In this document: positions 1 to 14,046 of the stretch, in pieces
Position numbering within the stretch: position 1 is the first letter of the stretch
Layout: every line of letters starts with the position of its first letter
DNA from: Takakia lepidozioides
Lineage: Eukaryota; Plantae; Bryophyta
Length of the DNA: 64,000 nt
NCBI GenBank assembly: GCA_030704615.1
Contig: CM060733.1
Span: 37,200,001-37,264,000, forward strand
Reading direction: 5' to 3'
Program-made: the position numbers and the translations under genes
Notes under the pieces: generated by a model
What the model was told of the DNA's origin: nothing
Database searches by the model: none
Seen by the model: only the letters and a program-made list of their open reading frames with translations

Positions 1-133
1 AACATTTGGGATTTTAACATGGCTGATGCACGGCTGTATGTCATGGCTAATCAGTCAAAGCAGGAAATTTTAAGATTATGAGGACAACATGTATGTTATG
101 CTATCCCCCTTAGACTGTATTTTGATAAGCATA

Positions 134-363
134 ATTTTGGGACTCCGGTGCTATATTGTAAATTTGGTCTGGTAGTTGTTTTAGACAATCTCTTTTTAGA
201 TCTGCTACTATCTTCGGTGCCTATGTAATGTCCTTTGCACTTGGTCAGACTTTTGTTTCAGGAGCCAGATTTTGGGACTCCGGTGCTTCCTTGTAAATTT
301 GACTGACAATTGTTTTTTTACATCTACTGCTATCTTAAGTGCCTATGCTATGTCATTTGCACT
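134..363. repeat. Two-copy direct repeat, about 135-bp period
   Basis: ATTTTGGGACTCCGGTGCT...GTGCCTATG...TTTGCACT starts at 134 and again at 269. Confidence 0.75.
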
Positions 364-1194
364 TTCTCACTTTATTCTTTTTTGTCATTCTTGCTTGTGA
401 ATAAAACATTCATTTGCAGAGTCAATTTTTTGTCACTGTGATCTTTGGTAGGCTAATATATTTCTTTTGTATCTGTATTAGATATTACTAACCCTAATCT
501 GTTGTTGTATCAGTCATGTGGGTTACTACAGTCAGTAGTTAGAATCACTATAGCAGTAGAAGTGCAGATCACAGATAGATATATGCATGACTATGGTTCT
601 AGCATAGGTAGTAAACTACAGTAGGTAGAATCATTATAGCAGTAGAAGTATAGATTATATGAAGACCTATGCACGACTAGGGTTATACTATATTAGGTAG
701 TAAGCAATATCACTTTAACATCACTGAACAACCTCCATTCATACATTGATACGTGTGATATCCAACAGAAACACATATGAGGATGTTTGTAGTCAAGACA
801 ATGACTGCAAGACCTCCTCATTATATGTCATGTGTCCATATATTAGCATGGTTGTAGTCAAGATAATGACTGCAGATCCTCCTCATGGATATGCCACTTG
901 GCAGTTTCGGGAGACGTCATATGGCGCACATCCACAAAACCTCTTGGACTTATTAGAAAGAGACACGTGTACAGTTTGCAACAGCACACTAAGTCATGTA
1001 CGGTAGAAGTACATATGACTGCCACATGACAGTGAGATGTATCATGTGGTTCATCTGACTTCAGTCATCCATGACCGACCATACTGTACTCATTGTATTC
1101 ACTTGGTTTGCACGACTTAAAATCATAGCAATCATATGTACTGTTTATGACTACGGGATAGTCATATATACAGTCATATATACCGCAATCTGTT

Positions 1195-4031
1195 GTAGTG
1201 CTCACTCTCTCGCTTCTTCGATCTCCACCTCTCTGCCTCCCTCGCTTAGTCGCTCTCTCTCGCACATCTTCCCTAAGTCCAAAATGGAGCAAGGCTTCCA
1301 TGTGTCTCAAATGAATGCAAAAGGAGGTTGAATTAATGATGCAAGAGAAGGAATAGTCGACGACGAAAATGACCGCCTCTTAAGACTATTGTGATGAGCC
1401 AGCGGCCATCTATGGCAAGGTGACCTTAAGTAACCGCAATGAACGTGGGGCCGTAGATGAGGTGTAGGTAGAGAAAATGTGAGACCAATCAAATCCCAGA
1501 TGCACGTCCTGACACCTCATTATTGAACCTATGAATAATATTTTATCATTGGATGAAATAAGAGCCTACGCGGATGAAACAAACGTATACTGGATGAGAT
1601 AACTGCCCTAGTGGATGATTCAACTCCTCTCATGGATGAGCGCCGTCACGGGAACCCGCAATCATTCCAGGGTGTTCACTCTATGAAGGCGTTGAATTGT
1701 CGCGCCGTAACGCTCTGGACAAACTAGTGGAGTCCATTCATTACTGACAGTCATGTCGCATCATTGATTGTACCTGCATAAATTTAGGGGTCTTTAGCGA
1801 ACCGTTGGGACAAACATCCCGCCTTTCATTCATTCATGCATCGAGGCCACAAACCGTGGGATGCGACATAACGTCGACGGTTGAGACCACAAGTGGTAAG
1901 CATATAAGGAGTAGTGATTTGTTGCTTCTCTGGTGCTTTGGATGTCAGATTCCAGATCTCGAATCAGTCAGTTATTTGCATTGGCCGTAATAACTTATGG
2001 ACCCCTTAATGTTCGGAGGATTTCAGACTTCTACTTGAAGGACACATAATAGCCACTAGATTACACGAAAGAACATATCAAGGGCGACAATTTGTTGATC
2101 CATGATACTCCAAACGCACCTCTGTAATGTGAACACGTCGACCTCATACTGTTTGACAATCCGTATAAGAGCCTGCCCTGTGCACGCATGCCATTTTTTC
2201 CCTCGCAGTTGCTTTGGCTCGCTGATCTTCAGGACTGTCTGTCTTACGTTCATTGTTCCCTTTGTACTTCTGTCAATATTGAGAGCCTCTCCACTTCATC
2301 TGGGTTTCTCTTCTGTCTCTCTGCTCCTCTGTTCTCATCCACTGTCTGCAAAGATCTTACCTACACACCCGATCGTTTTATGTACTTCGAATGATTACTC
2401 TCACTACAGCTGTTTTGTTCATCCATGTTTTCATTTATTCATCCATTTTCTTACTTGTCATCCGAAACTCGTCTACCATTATTCATCCGTCCTTCATTTC
2501 ATCCATCTGAACCACGCGCGAACGCCCGTCAATATAGTTCTAATTCTGTTGTGGAGTCATAGTCAATGTTGTACATTCGGGTCGTACCTTTAGCAGATCC
2601 TTTTATTTTCTACAAATTTTTGTTTCGACTAATACAAATCTGCGTTCTACATTCTAGTAGTCCGAGTTCTATTTTCAATTCCCAAATCATTATAACCCTA
2701 AACGCGGGCGGTCGCGCATCTTCATCCTCAGTTTTTCTAAACAAACTTCAGTAACTTATTGTTTCACTGTTACTCAGTGTCCATCGATATAGTACCAAAT
2801 CATTAATCACCAGCATCTCTACTATAGGATACACGCGCGATCGCGCGAGGTTCATGGAAATGTCGTTGTTCCAAACTGGTCAACAAGTTTTCCTCACTCT
2901 TCAGGGCTCGAACACTATTGTCGCAACAATAGTCGATATCTCAACGTGACTGGTTGCGGAAGTTGCCACGGACGACAGCTAAACGGGTCCACAATATCTG
3001 TTGTTATAGTGTCTTGCAATCCGACACATTCTTCTGTGTCGTTGCCATATCCGCACATGGATGCAGACTCTTTGGGGGAAGAACACTTGTCGTTTGGGAT
3101 GTTGTGCAAATTAAAAAAGATACTGGGACTGACACCAACACCAACAATAAGAATCCTCAGGTCTCGGAGGTCGAATTGACATCTGCGGATGATTCTGATC
3201 TAAAATTCAATGAACAAATTGAATCTGACATGTCAAGGCCATCTCAGAATAACGATGTTTCTATGGGTAGAGACAGTTGGAGAAATAAGATGTATGAGCA
3301 TATGACGCGGGAGAATACACATCTTCGAGTGATGTGTATATAAGACGTGTATGCATGTATCTCGATGATGTGTATCATTGGTCGATGACGCAGACTCGGT
3401 GGATTGATAGTGACATGACATTGTCACATGAGCTTCATAGGTTCATCAATAGCGAGGAACAAACAGATATTGGTCACAACAAGAAAGGTGTGAAAAAAGC
3501 AGTATACTGTCATTTCAGCAGACCAAAAAAAAATCCGAAAAGAAACGATTCCGAAAAGATAAACCCCCGCGCTCTCTATAGGCAGTTCGAGAAGTCAGCA
3601 GCAAATAATGTTGCAATTTACATTGTTGTCAATATTTTTCGACTGGAGAAAAACACTCGCTATCCGGACCGCTTATTGGGGATCCTCTTACGACGAACGG
3701 AGAGAGCTCGGTTTTGATGTGCCCAAAGACTTCATCGAATCGACGGGGTTTCGACAAAGGCCTACATAACCATTGAGGGTGTTGATGTGTGAGAGACAAC
3801 TTGGTGGACAATTCACGGAATCGGTTGTTCAACCCACATGGAATACAAAAAACTAAGCAGAGAGGGTGTGGTTACATCGTTGCACGGGAATTCCGGAGTG
3901 AAACGGCCCCGTCCACAAACTCGTCAAGCTGAAGGAAACTTAATGTCGATTATAAACGGAAATTCCGATCTCATGCCTTCGAGTTCTGCCACCTGAACTG
4001 AACTGGAAAAAACTTCGTGATGAGTGTAATG
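1195..4031 (+). mobile_element. Sola-like/DUF7869-type transposon, copy A, left part (upstream region and 5' part of transposase, decayed)
   Basis: Reverse-complement match to about 39220-42210. Encodes the same GCGSCHGRQLNG...LPYPHMDADSLGE segment. Interrupted by the MULE at 4032. Confidence 0.85.
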
Positions 4032-4429
4032 GGACGTGACTTCCGCGTAAGCGTGAGCGTGAGAGCGTACGCTCACGCGAAGATGATGTGGCGTGAGCGC
4101 AGGCTCATACCAGCTGATGTGGCGTGAGCGTGGGATCGCGTTGACGTGGCGTGAGCCTGCTGACGTGGCAGTCGTCTGAATGACGTGGCATTTGGACAAC
4201 TTGCCAGATGCCATGTCATCATAAACATATAGCACCTATAGCCGAGGGGCCTATAGCCGTGGCATTCATTCATGCAAAACACCAGAAATTAAAATGCAGG
4301 AACGACTTGTGAAAGCATTTGCATCCATTCCATTTATTTTCGAACGACTACACACAAGAAAGAAATGACACACATTGTACAACATAATTGGAGCTGCATT
4401 GGCATCAAATATATGAAGGGACATCAAGT

Positions 4430-7400
4430 TCAAGTTTCAACTCTTGTGAAATGCAGTAATGGAATATGTAGATGACCAAAGTGAAGAGGATGTAATGTGC
4501 TCCTATCCCGCTGTATAAGTGTATTCACCTCGTTGAAACTCATGGTGGCCTGGTGAATGAAGATGTCGCGTCTGGGATCACAAACCATATTGTTCAAGAA
4601 GATAAAATACAGATGCTTGCAGGGTATAAATTTGTCTGTCTTTCCCAAATTTGTTGTAAGCATGCCAACAAAATCAGGACAGGTGCAGTTAGGGAAATTT
4701 GAAACTGTGATGTCGTACAACTGGTCGTGCATAGCGGATGTGGAGGTCATCATAGTGTAGATTCGTCCATACCCGGGATGTGGAACTTCCGTAGTGCCTG
4801 TAACATGACCTTGAAGCATTCGAGCGGATTCTACCTTGCCGAAATGCTCGGCAGTCGGAGGGAAACAACGAACTAGCTTCCCATTTCGTTGTGTTGGCCA
4901 TGCATCAGCGTTCGGTGGTGGCACTCTAGAACTTGCTGAAGTAGAAGTACCTGCATGTACAGAGGAGGCTTGCTGAAGGGAGAAGCCTGCCTCCTCCAAC
5001 ATGGCAATCTCGTGAGTTGTGAGATGTGTCCCCACCTTCACAGGGCAAATGCTTGGTGGAGGAGGCTTCATGACAACCGATGGTCGCACAGTCCCACGCA
5101 CGCACCTACCACAGTCGTCAGGGCAGAACCAGAATTTGTGGTTCTTCGCCTCGGCTTGCCTGTAAGGCGTGAACAAACCAGTGAAGGGTGGAGCCGGAGT
5201 GCGGACCTTGCCTCTGGCTATGGAGGACTTGCATTTCTCACGATTGGTTGCTCTGATTGTCGTGCACTTCACTCGAGACCCAGCAGTGGTGCGTTCTATG
5301 TGCCAGACTTCGTCGGGGCACATGGGCTCTACCACAGGGGGGAGCACGTTCGCCTCCTGCCCCATTGCACTCACTGTGGGAGATGGCTGCCTTTGGCTTT
5401 GTGACAAAGGATCGTCCGCATTGGATATGCTGGAAACGAACCTCTGATGAAATGGAACACACGGCATGGAGAAATTGTCCATGTCCGGCCTGTGGGAGTC
5501 CGCATCCGACCCAGGAGGGGTGTTCAATTTCCGTTTACAAGACCCGAATCTCTTCTCACCCTCCAGATGGGGAACTCTGGACACCAGTGGAGTTCCTTCC
5601 GCACACATGCTGACAGCCCTGGCAATCTTGTTCGGATCCCCTGATCTTCTTGCTGCTCGCAACATCAACTCGGACTTGTCTGGACCCTTGCCACCAACGC
5701 CCCCCCCACAAGAACTCCCGATATCTCGTCTGTTGCAGTAGAGCTCGAATCAGATCATCTCCCGTCACCACGTACAAATCCCGGCCCCGCTTTTCAGATT
5801 GCTGCAACCATACATTGTGCATTGTCTCCGCCAGATTGCAAGAGGGCATGTCCGTCATCTCTTCAATTGAGAAGTGCTGCAAAATGGAAAAACATATATG
5901 AGAAAGAGGACAGGCACACCCCACCACAACAGACATGATTGGAAATGGATACAAACTCAATGAAATTTGCAAGTTTTCAAATGCACGCACCGTTGTCATG
6001 CATGCTCCCCGTTGTCTGTACCGGAAGTGCCAAAATGCCAGCCAGTCTTCTAGCACTCTCATACTGTCTTATGATGCAGCCCCAGATGAGAACCACCAGG
6101 CACGAATTGTCTGGAACAATGTATTCGCCTCTGCCATGCTTTTGGCATCTTTGTACTGTTTGCATAGCCTAAGATGAATAGGCTGCATTTCCGGTTTGAT
6201 GTCTACTTTTGTATGTTTCTCAAGGGACTGGGTCCAATGGAAAAGACATGTTCGCTCTCTTCCTGACATTGGCACCTTTGGATCTCCTGATCCAAACACA
6301 ATGCGAATAGCATTGAAATTCGCTTGAGCACTGTCGGCCATAAATCCGGCGAAATTTGGAAATGGGACACCCTGGGAGTCCATAACGCGAATGAGACTTC
6401 TCCACATTAGCTGCTGCAAATCCGCATCCTCTGATTGCATGTCACACACTGCAATTGTCATGACTCGTTGGTAGAAAAGATCGGAAACATGACACGCCAT
6501 TGTGGTCTAGTCTTTCACTCGTTCAAGACGTGAACAAACATAAGGAAACAGTTCTGAAGATCGTCACCCTTCTGCATGCGCTTCATAAGACTGATTCCGC
6601 TGCCCTCCCCGGCTGTGGACATTTTAAAAATGTACACTTTGTTCGACCCTTGACCTGGGAACACACTCTCTTGAATGTAGTCATACCTGCTCCGTCGCTT
6701 CAACTCGAAAATGTTATCAACGTACCCCTCTGTTAACAGAGCCCATCCTCAATGCATTCACTTGGTTTTTAATGTTCGGCGAGTTCAAGGTAGAGAAGTG
6801 ATCCATAACATTGTCCAAGGCTGCCCCGTCGAGTTTTCCTGCCCACAGAATCTCCTTCACTAAGAATATGGGTTTCCAGGAAAGTCTTGCTTGCTCCAAG
6901 AACAGTTGTGGAGGTGGTGGCTGTTGGATTGCTCTCATACTCTTGTCTTATCAACCTGGATACTGTTTCAACGCTTTCCCTGTAATCCCCCTTCGACACT
7001 GGATGGTTGTGGAACCCGAAATGCACACCGGCTCTAGTCAAGGCTGGAAAACGGTGCACCACATAGTACATTCTTGCTCCACACACTGCCACACAGGAAG
7101 GCGCTCGTTTGCAGAACTTGCAAACGAACGTGTTGGAGCTTGGAGGTGCTTCACCGGGCTTGAAAGGATTCTCGGCGACACCCTCCCACTCGCTCTGGTT
7201 CTAAACCTCTGACTGCAGGAAATGTCTGCAACTCAAATTCTTGCACCTCAAGTGCCCATTGCACACCGTTCCTGAACACGAGCTTGTCATCATTTTGAAT
7301 ATTGGATGTCTTCATTCTGCACCATGGGTGTCCATCGTGTCTCTTGTCCATTCCGTGCATCAGGCTCGAAACAGGTCTACCCCGCCCAGGTGGAGGCAAC

Positions 7401-8045
7401 TCAAAGACATCCCCCATCAAAAGATTCCGGAAGGTACTTCACACGCTCAATAGGGACAGTGTCCAAGTCAATCCCCCGCAATTCACTCTTGAAACCGGGC
7501 ATTCCTCCCATTGACTTCAGTTTAGGAATGACACTACACAGGTCCTTCAATTCTGGCACTACGACCACCGGAGAAGGAGCCACAAAAGGAATTTTCAGGA
7601 CGTCCTCCTCCGAGGAGTCGGAGAGCTCAACAATTTGTCTAGAAGTTGTGGGCTCCGTCTTCATGACCACATTCCGGATGTCTTGAACAACAGAAGCAGC
7701 AGTTCCCGGCGTCACATACGAACCAATCGACTGCCGGCGAGGAGCTCCAAGGACTCTGTATCTTCCTGGAGGAACTCTCCACTGACTCATAAGTGCGTTT
7801 TCATCTGGATTCTGGAAAGCATACTTCTTCAACTTCCCATCGACACCATAAACCTCTCTTTCCAGCCACACAGTACCAACCTGGAACTCGAAACGCGTTG
7901 CTAGGAGATGTTCCTCCGCAATTGCTAAACCATTGTCATCGGTCTCCTTCGAGAAAGGTACTGGTTTCTCCACAGAGTGAAACTCCGCTTCGGAGGAAGC
8001 CATGTTGCTGCAAGAGAAATTCCCTCGCAGAAGTGCGGAAGCCAC
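4430..8045 (-). pseudogene. MULE transposase with N-terminal GCM/WRKY-like Zn finger and C-terminal SWIM finger, frameshifted
   Basis: Consecutive minus-strand ORF pieces give CNGHLRCKNLSC...HFGFHNHPV, FMADSAQANFNAIRIVFG...RTCLFHWTQS (MULE D and CxxH motifs), CNLAETMHN (catalytic E region) and CTCPDF...CKHLYFI (SWIM). Confidence 0.88.
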
Positions 8046-8833
8046 AACTTCTGTGCGGATTCTTGTTACAAACGATAGTGGGGATTACATTTCTCATGCT
8101 TTGCATTTCAGACCGAAACCTAGAAGTCCGTCACCTTTACTAACCAGGTCGGCAAATGACAACACGTCATGTATGTCCCAAACCGTTCTCGAAGGGTCAG
8201 CCAAGACCTATTTTAAAAGCTGACATACCGTTAAAGAGCCTTTCAGAAACAGTTGTCAAAACAGTTCATAAAACAGTTGTTCAACAGTTATGTGTCTTTA
8301 CCGACCCATGTAAAATGACGACGGAGACCGACATCCTATGCCACCCCAATGAGTTCAGCCACGTGGAACACACAATGTATTGAGTGTAGGGTTTAAGAGG
8401 AATCGGCGGTGGAAGAATGGAAGATGTTGATCCGGGAGAATCCAAATAATCTACTGAAATAAGTCATCCATCCGAATCAAATCCATGCGATGGCCGTACC
8501 TCCATAATGAAAGACGGCGGCCACTGCAGAATGGACGAGTGTGCCGTTAGGAGGGGGACACGTCTGCAGTGAATACATGCATAACCGCCAAGAGTGATGC
8601 CCCAACTGCTACTCATCGCATGACGTCTCTCATTCCAGTAGATTGTAGTTTTTCAAGCTAGAGAGTAGCAGCAGACAAAGTTCCGCGCGAGGGAGTGGAA
8701 GGCGTAGAAGACAATCATTTTTTTTTACTTCAGCGCGAGAGAGGAAGAAGACTAGAGAGAGAATGAAAGGCCGAAAGCTGAACATGACACTGAAGGAGAT
8801 CGCAGAGGAGAGCGCAGCCCTGGAACCGAACAT

Positions 8834-11800
8834 ATGGCGGGGGAGGACCAGCCGCCAGCTCCTGATGAAGTTGGGGACGAAACAACATCAGAGGACAACA
8901 CAGATGCTATTAACACTTTCGAGGCAGACGCTCTTGCGAAAGAATCCACGCCGAAGGGGAAGAACGTCGTGGAGGAGGAGGCGACGCCGAAGGTTAAAAA
9001 GGCTGCCCAAACAGGGAGGACGACCGTCGTTGTTGCCACATCAAAGGCATCTGGGAGTTCTTCGGCCAAAGGACCTCAGGTGATTCTCTTACTTTCCATC
9101 TTCTGTCAAGTTTCCAGGGCATGAAAACTGCGTGCGTTGGCGCACGCAATTTTGTTGCCATCTTTTCTGCTATTTTTTGCTTTATCATTCAGAGTAAGAC
9201 CACAGGGATGCAGGCAATGCATAACAACCAAACCCGGGTGTGACCCACTTCTCACTTTTCATGTACTGCATAGAAGGAGAGACTTTAGTGGTTGTACCAT
9301 CCCAAGTAGTTCGATTACAGTTCGACAGCTGAGAGAAGGCCATACAGAGAACCTCCAGAAATTGCGTGCGTCAACGCACGCAATTTCTGAATGTTCTCTC
9401 TATGACCTTCTCTCAGGTGTGTTGTATTGACAGCGACAGAAGCCCTGAATAGGCATAAATGTGAGTGTAAGTCAACGCACGCAATTTCTGGGGGTTCTCT
9501 CACACTCACCTTTCTGCCTACAGCGAGATTAGATTAAATGTCTGCTACATACTTTTATGGAAGAGAGTAGATTGACATTGGGTGTGAAATAGGCAAAGAA
9601 ATGAGTACCTTTTAGAGGGTAGAAAATTGCGTGCATTGAAGCACGTACTTTCTAGAAAGTTTTTTACATGAGAAACCTATCATTTTGAGTGCAGACGAAG
9701 AAAATGAAAGGCGTTGCTCAGGTAGAGGACGAAGTGATTGAGCAGGAATTGGTGGTTGTTGAGGAGGAGGACGATGGCAGGCCATACGAAGACAGAGCGA
9801 AAGATCTGCTTTCCTTCTCCAAAGTGAATTCGGCCCAAGTCATCAAGGCCATGGGCGTCCCTGGGGGAAAAATAATGATACCCCTATGTCGTTTGATCTC
9901 CATGCCCTAATTCATTCGACCAGCTCTGACGAATGACATTCAAAAGTTGGAACATGATTTCTGCCATGGGTACATATAGGGTCAATCTGTTTTTTACGTC
10001 TCCTTGGCGAACTCCGCTGGCAGAGAGGTGTTGGTGGACGAGTCCATTGTTGGAGGCTGGGATCCTATCTGGCGACAGATAAACGATGAGTTTGAATCTA
10101 TCATTTGCAAGAGGCTCGTCACCCAGCCTTTCTCAGGCAAGATGTTTCATGTCTGGGATGGCAACCACCGATTGCTTGCCTGGAGGAACATGATCGAGAG
10201 ATATCATAGCACCGAGGAGGAGTGGCACTACTCTGTGGCCTCAATGGTGTTGGATCCCAAGGGAAACATCACTGCACTGTTGACGGCAAAGCATGACGTT
10301 AACAAGTAAGTGTCTTCTTTACCTGTTATTGTCTGCAATTTTCCCTTGACAGTCTATTCGCTTTTAGCACTCACTGACGACACACCACTATATGTGCAGG
10401 GGAACTGAAACCGCCCATGTGACAACGAACCTTCTTCACACACTATTCAGGATATAGAATATCGGCCATATGCCCCTCAATTCATTCAAGAGCATTCTGA
10501 GTGCAGAGTCATTCAAGAAATGTTTGACATCGAAAACGTCAAATACCTGGTACAAGCTGACGAGGGAAGCATTCATGGAGTACATGTACACTGTAAGTAT
10601 TCCATCGCTCTGGCCTTCCATTGTCTGTTGTGATGGTCAGTAACATTGTCTGTTGTGATCTTATTCCGGATTGCGTTTTGCAGCAAGAAATAGCTGAAGC
10701 TGGAGAGAGAGGAAAAGCAGAGTATTATTTGAAAAACCCGGAGGGTATGAGGACGTCCAAGGGAATGGCGGAAACCATGAAGTTTACGATGAATGAGATA
10801 CGGAAGAAGCTCATGAGCGCTTTCATGAAACAGCTGAGAATAGCTGACCCTGATTTTGGTCCCAAGTTCCTTAACCAGGTGAGGATCCACTGGAACAATA
10901 ATACCAAACTGGAGATGACACAGGAAAAGCTTCACCGGTTGTCAACTGCAGCTGTGGAAGCTGACCAGAAAGTGAAATGGTTGGAGATTTGGAATTCTGA
11001 CCCAACTATCAAGGATACATACTGCTTCCCTAGGGGTGAAAGAGATGAGAACACCGGGCACATCAAACCCTTCAGCGACCAAGTTCTTGATACATGGTTG
11101 CACAAAGCCACCTACTGGAGCCAGGTACTTTTCAGGATTTTCTTTGCTTGAACTTTTGAGAATATCTTCCTATGAATGGACTCTAACCCATGCATATGAA
11201 CACCTGTAGATTGAAGCTGTGCAAACAAGGTGCTGGAGAATCAGCTTTATGACTACAAAATTACCATGACCGTGCCCGAGGACACTCTGGAGGATTACTT
11301 GAGGCACTGGAAGGCCACTGCTTAGAGCAACTGCTTCTTCAGAGAGTTTTCCTGAGATGGAGGAATCTCCCGCACAAATGACTTTGACTAGCAGTACGGG
11401 GCGGAGGGAGCCATGAAGAGGGTCCTATACAAGTTCGTTAATTTTGTTTTATGTTTGAAAACTATCTTTGGCAATCAGTAGACAAACAGTTTGTGGCCAT
11501 GCAAAACTGCGTGCGCCAATGCACGCAATTTTGGAGGGCCACAAACTCAGATGTGTTCTCTCCTCCATCATGGATTTCAATGTTTCGTTGGCAGTTCTGA
11601 ATGGAATATGTGTCTGCCGAGAATGGGATATCTTACTGCATATGGAACCCTTTGTTTTCTCTTGTTCTTGCATATGGTACTTGTGAGTGTATTTCGGTTG
11701 CCTCATGCTCAAGTTTTTGTGCACCCCGAACTGTGTACGTCGACGCACGCATTTTGGGAGGGCCGCAATATATGCTTTTTTGCCTTCAATGTCTAAAAAT

Positions 11801-13433
11801 GTGCCTCTTTTGTTTTGTAGGTATATCAAGAACGTGCTCATTCCAGGAAAAAACCTCAGTAAGTACCCTGCCTTCATCGACTTGTGGTCTGACCCCTCTA
11901 ACAGTCAGACCATGTACACGGCAGCCATCCTCAGAGACTACGGGAGATATCACTTGAAAGACTGCTGCTAGTATCTAGACATTCCGAAATCAGATTGCCC
12001 CTGGTATGAGTTGCAGACACGAAACCAGAACGACAATGCGGAGTCTTTGGCTCCTCTTATTGACCCAATTGACAAGGAATTGCATGAGAGGAATCTGCGA
12101 AACCTCGTTGAGAAGGAACCCGCAGCCAACAAAACTCCTGCGAGAGGGAAGGGAAAGGGAAAGGGTACAAATGACTAAGGGAAGGAGAAGGCCACCCAAG
12201 GGGAAACTGCGGGGGATGACCTAGCGCAGACCCCAATTGCAAACAAGGAACAAAAACGTAAGGGGAAGTTTGAGCCATACGACGCAGTGGAGCACCCATC
12301 CAAAATCCAGCGAGAATGTAAATGCGAGATTGTCAATGATTCGTTCCTTACCATGATGGAAAGCAGAAAATCTGGTTACATTGGAGAACCCTCTCGAACT
12401 TGGGGCAAGCTGTGTGCATTCCTTGACTCGGTAAGCCAATTCCCACTGTTTGTCTCCTTTACTGTTTTCCCTTTGGGATAGTTATTTATTTTTGCCGTCT
12501 GTCTGTTTTTCAGGTAGGGCAGTGTTGGGTCAATGGTTCTCTGAAACCATATTGTGCCGACATGGTGATTGTGGACATTCCAGATGGGCTGCCAGTACCG
12601 GACATTCTACCCACAGGCACTTGCCCAACATGAAATGCATTTGATGAGAGGTACTGGCGGTGGGTCTTTTCATTTTGCAATTTTTTTTTATCGGATGCAG
12701 GGGTTCTTGTAATGATCCAGTCGGTCAATACGAAATGTCACTGGGAGCTTGCAAGCTACCTCAAGGCCTTGGGGATGAAAATCATCAAAACGTGGAATGG
12801 TGTGAACAGCCTGTACTTGACAAAGGGCGACTGTCCCGGACAAATGGTAATCGACTTTCTCTTACATGCTTCATTTGAAGTTCCATTTCACCCCTGCAGA
12901 AATGAGTGCGTCAACGCACTCATTTTCGGAGGTTTCAAGCATTGTTCTTTCTAGATGAATTTTTTTGGGTTCACTAATATTCCCACAACAGTGAAGGAGT
13001 TCAGGCTTCATGGGGGAGGTTCTTTCATCAACGATAAATTCGATCTAGTGGTGGACGACATGCACTACAATTACATGGATTCCAATGTGTGCTTGCGAAA
13101 GTCCAACTCCACACCATGGAGAGGGGCCAAGGAGAAGAGCCCAACATTTATTCAAACAATTGTGGAGACTTGTTCCCATCGGGGGGCGTATCGTGGACCT
13201 CACTCTTGGCACAGGTTTCACCCCGAACCTGTTGCGGTGTTTTCTTCTTGGTGCAAAATTTGTTTATATATGTCCTAAGAGTACTCTGTCTTGCAGGAGC
13301 TTCGTACCATGCTTGCAAGGCAGCGGGTAGGCATTTGTTTGGTATGGAAGGGGATGCGGACATTTTCAATGACCTCCTCCATAACTTGGAAGCGCCAGCG
13401 CCGGCGCCTGCTGCCCACAACAGGAGGGTATAG
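8834..13433 (+). pseudogene. Multi-exon ParB-like plus beta-class amino (N4C/N6A) DNA methyltransferase-like gene (MULE cargo)
   Basis: GT-AG introns at 9080-9694, 12431-12513, 12847-12954 and 13215-13296. ParB-type WDGNHRLLAW (DGNHR 10157-10171). MTase motifs in beta order: EIVNDSF, ADMVIVDIPDG (12556-12588, DPPY position), LSDAGVLV, then KSPTFIQTIVETCS..GGRIVDLTLGTG|ASYHACKAAGRHLFGMEGD. Several stops and frameshifts. Confidence 0.8.
9127..12924. repeat. Seven dispersed intronic palindromes, consensus AATTGCGTGCG-N4-CGCACGCAATT
   Basis: Copies near 9127, 9360, 9471 (half), 9625, 11505, 11730 and 12901. The 9360 copy is the centre of a hairpin of about 95 bp (9326-9421). Confidence 0.85.
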
Positions 13434-14046
13434 TGCATGTGGAAATGAATGAAGGGGACGACAAAGTCTTGGACGACGATTTCACATGTGAGTAAGTTGG
13501 TTTTCTGTAAGCATCCGATTTCTCCCGCGAAAATGCCCCCCCCCCCCCTGCTTTCCCATTAATGGTGGCTAATGCAATTGTGGTTCTTTGGGTGGCAGGA
13601 TATTGGAAGCTATTCCTTTGGTCGACGTCTCTTTTATTCACAGCGACTTGTGGTGCAGCCCTCCACGTTCATACATCCTACCCGACTACGCGGAGGCCAT
13701 TGCTCGTCAATAGAGTTTCATGTTACCTCCCCCATGTGCTCGAAAGCACAACACGCACCTCGGAGCTCGGGTTTACATCGATGATACTGCACAAGTTTCA
13801 GGGGATAGTTCTAGTGACTGAAATGCAAATTTCATCATTTTGGGGGTTCTTGTGATGTTCACAGTTTCAGACATTTTGTGCCTCCACAACTTTGTAATAA
13901 AATTTGTGCCTGTTCGTTGTAATGTCGTTAAAAGACGGTTTCTCATTTTCTTGCCGTGTATGCATGTACAACAATGGCTTCTATGCACTTCATACAGTGG
14001 ATAGTTGTATCCTGCTTATAGGCTTTGATTGTAATGTACATCAAAT

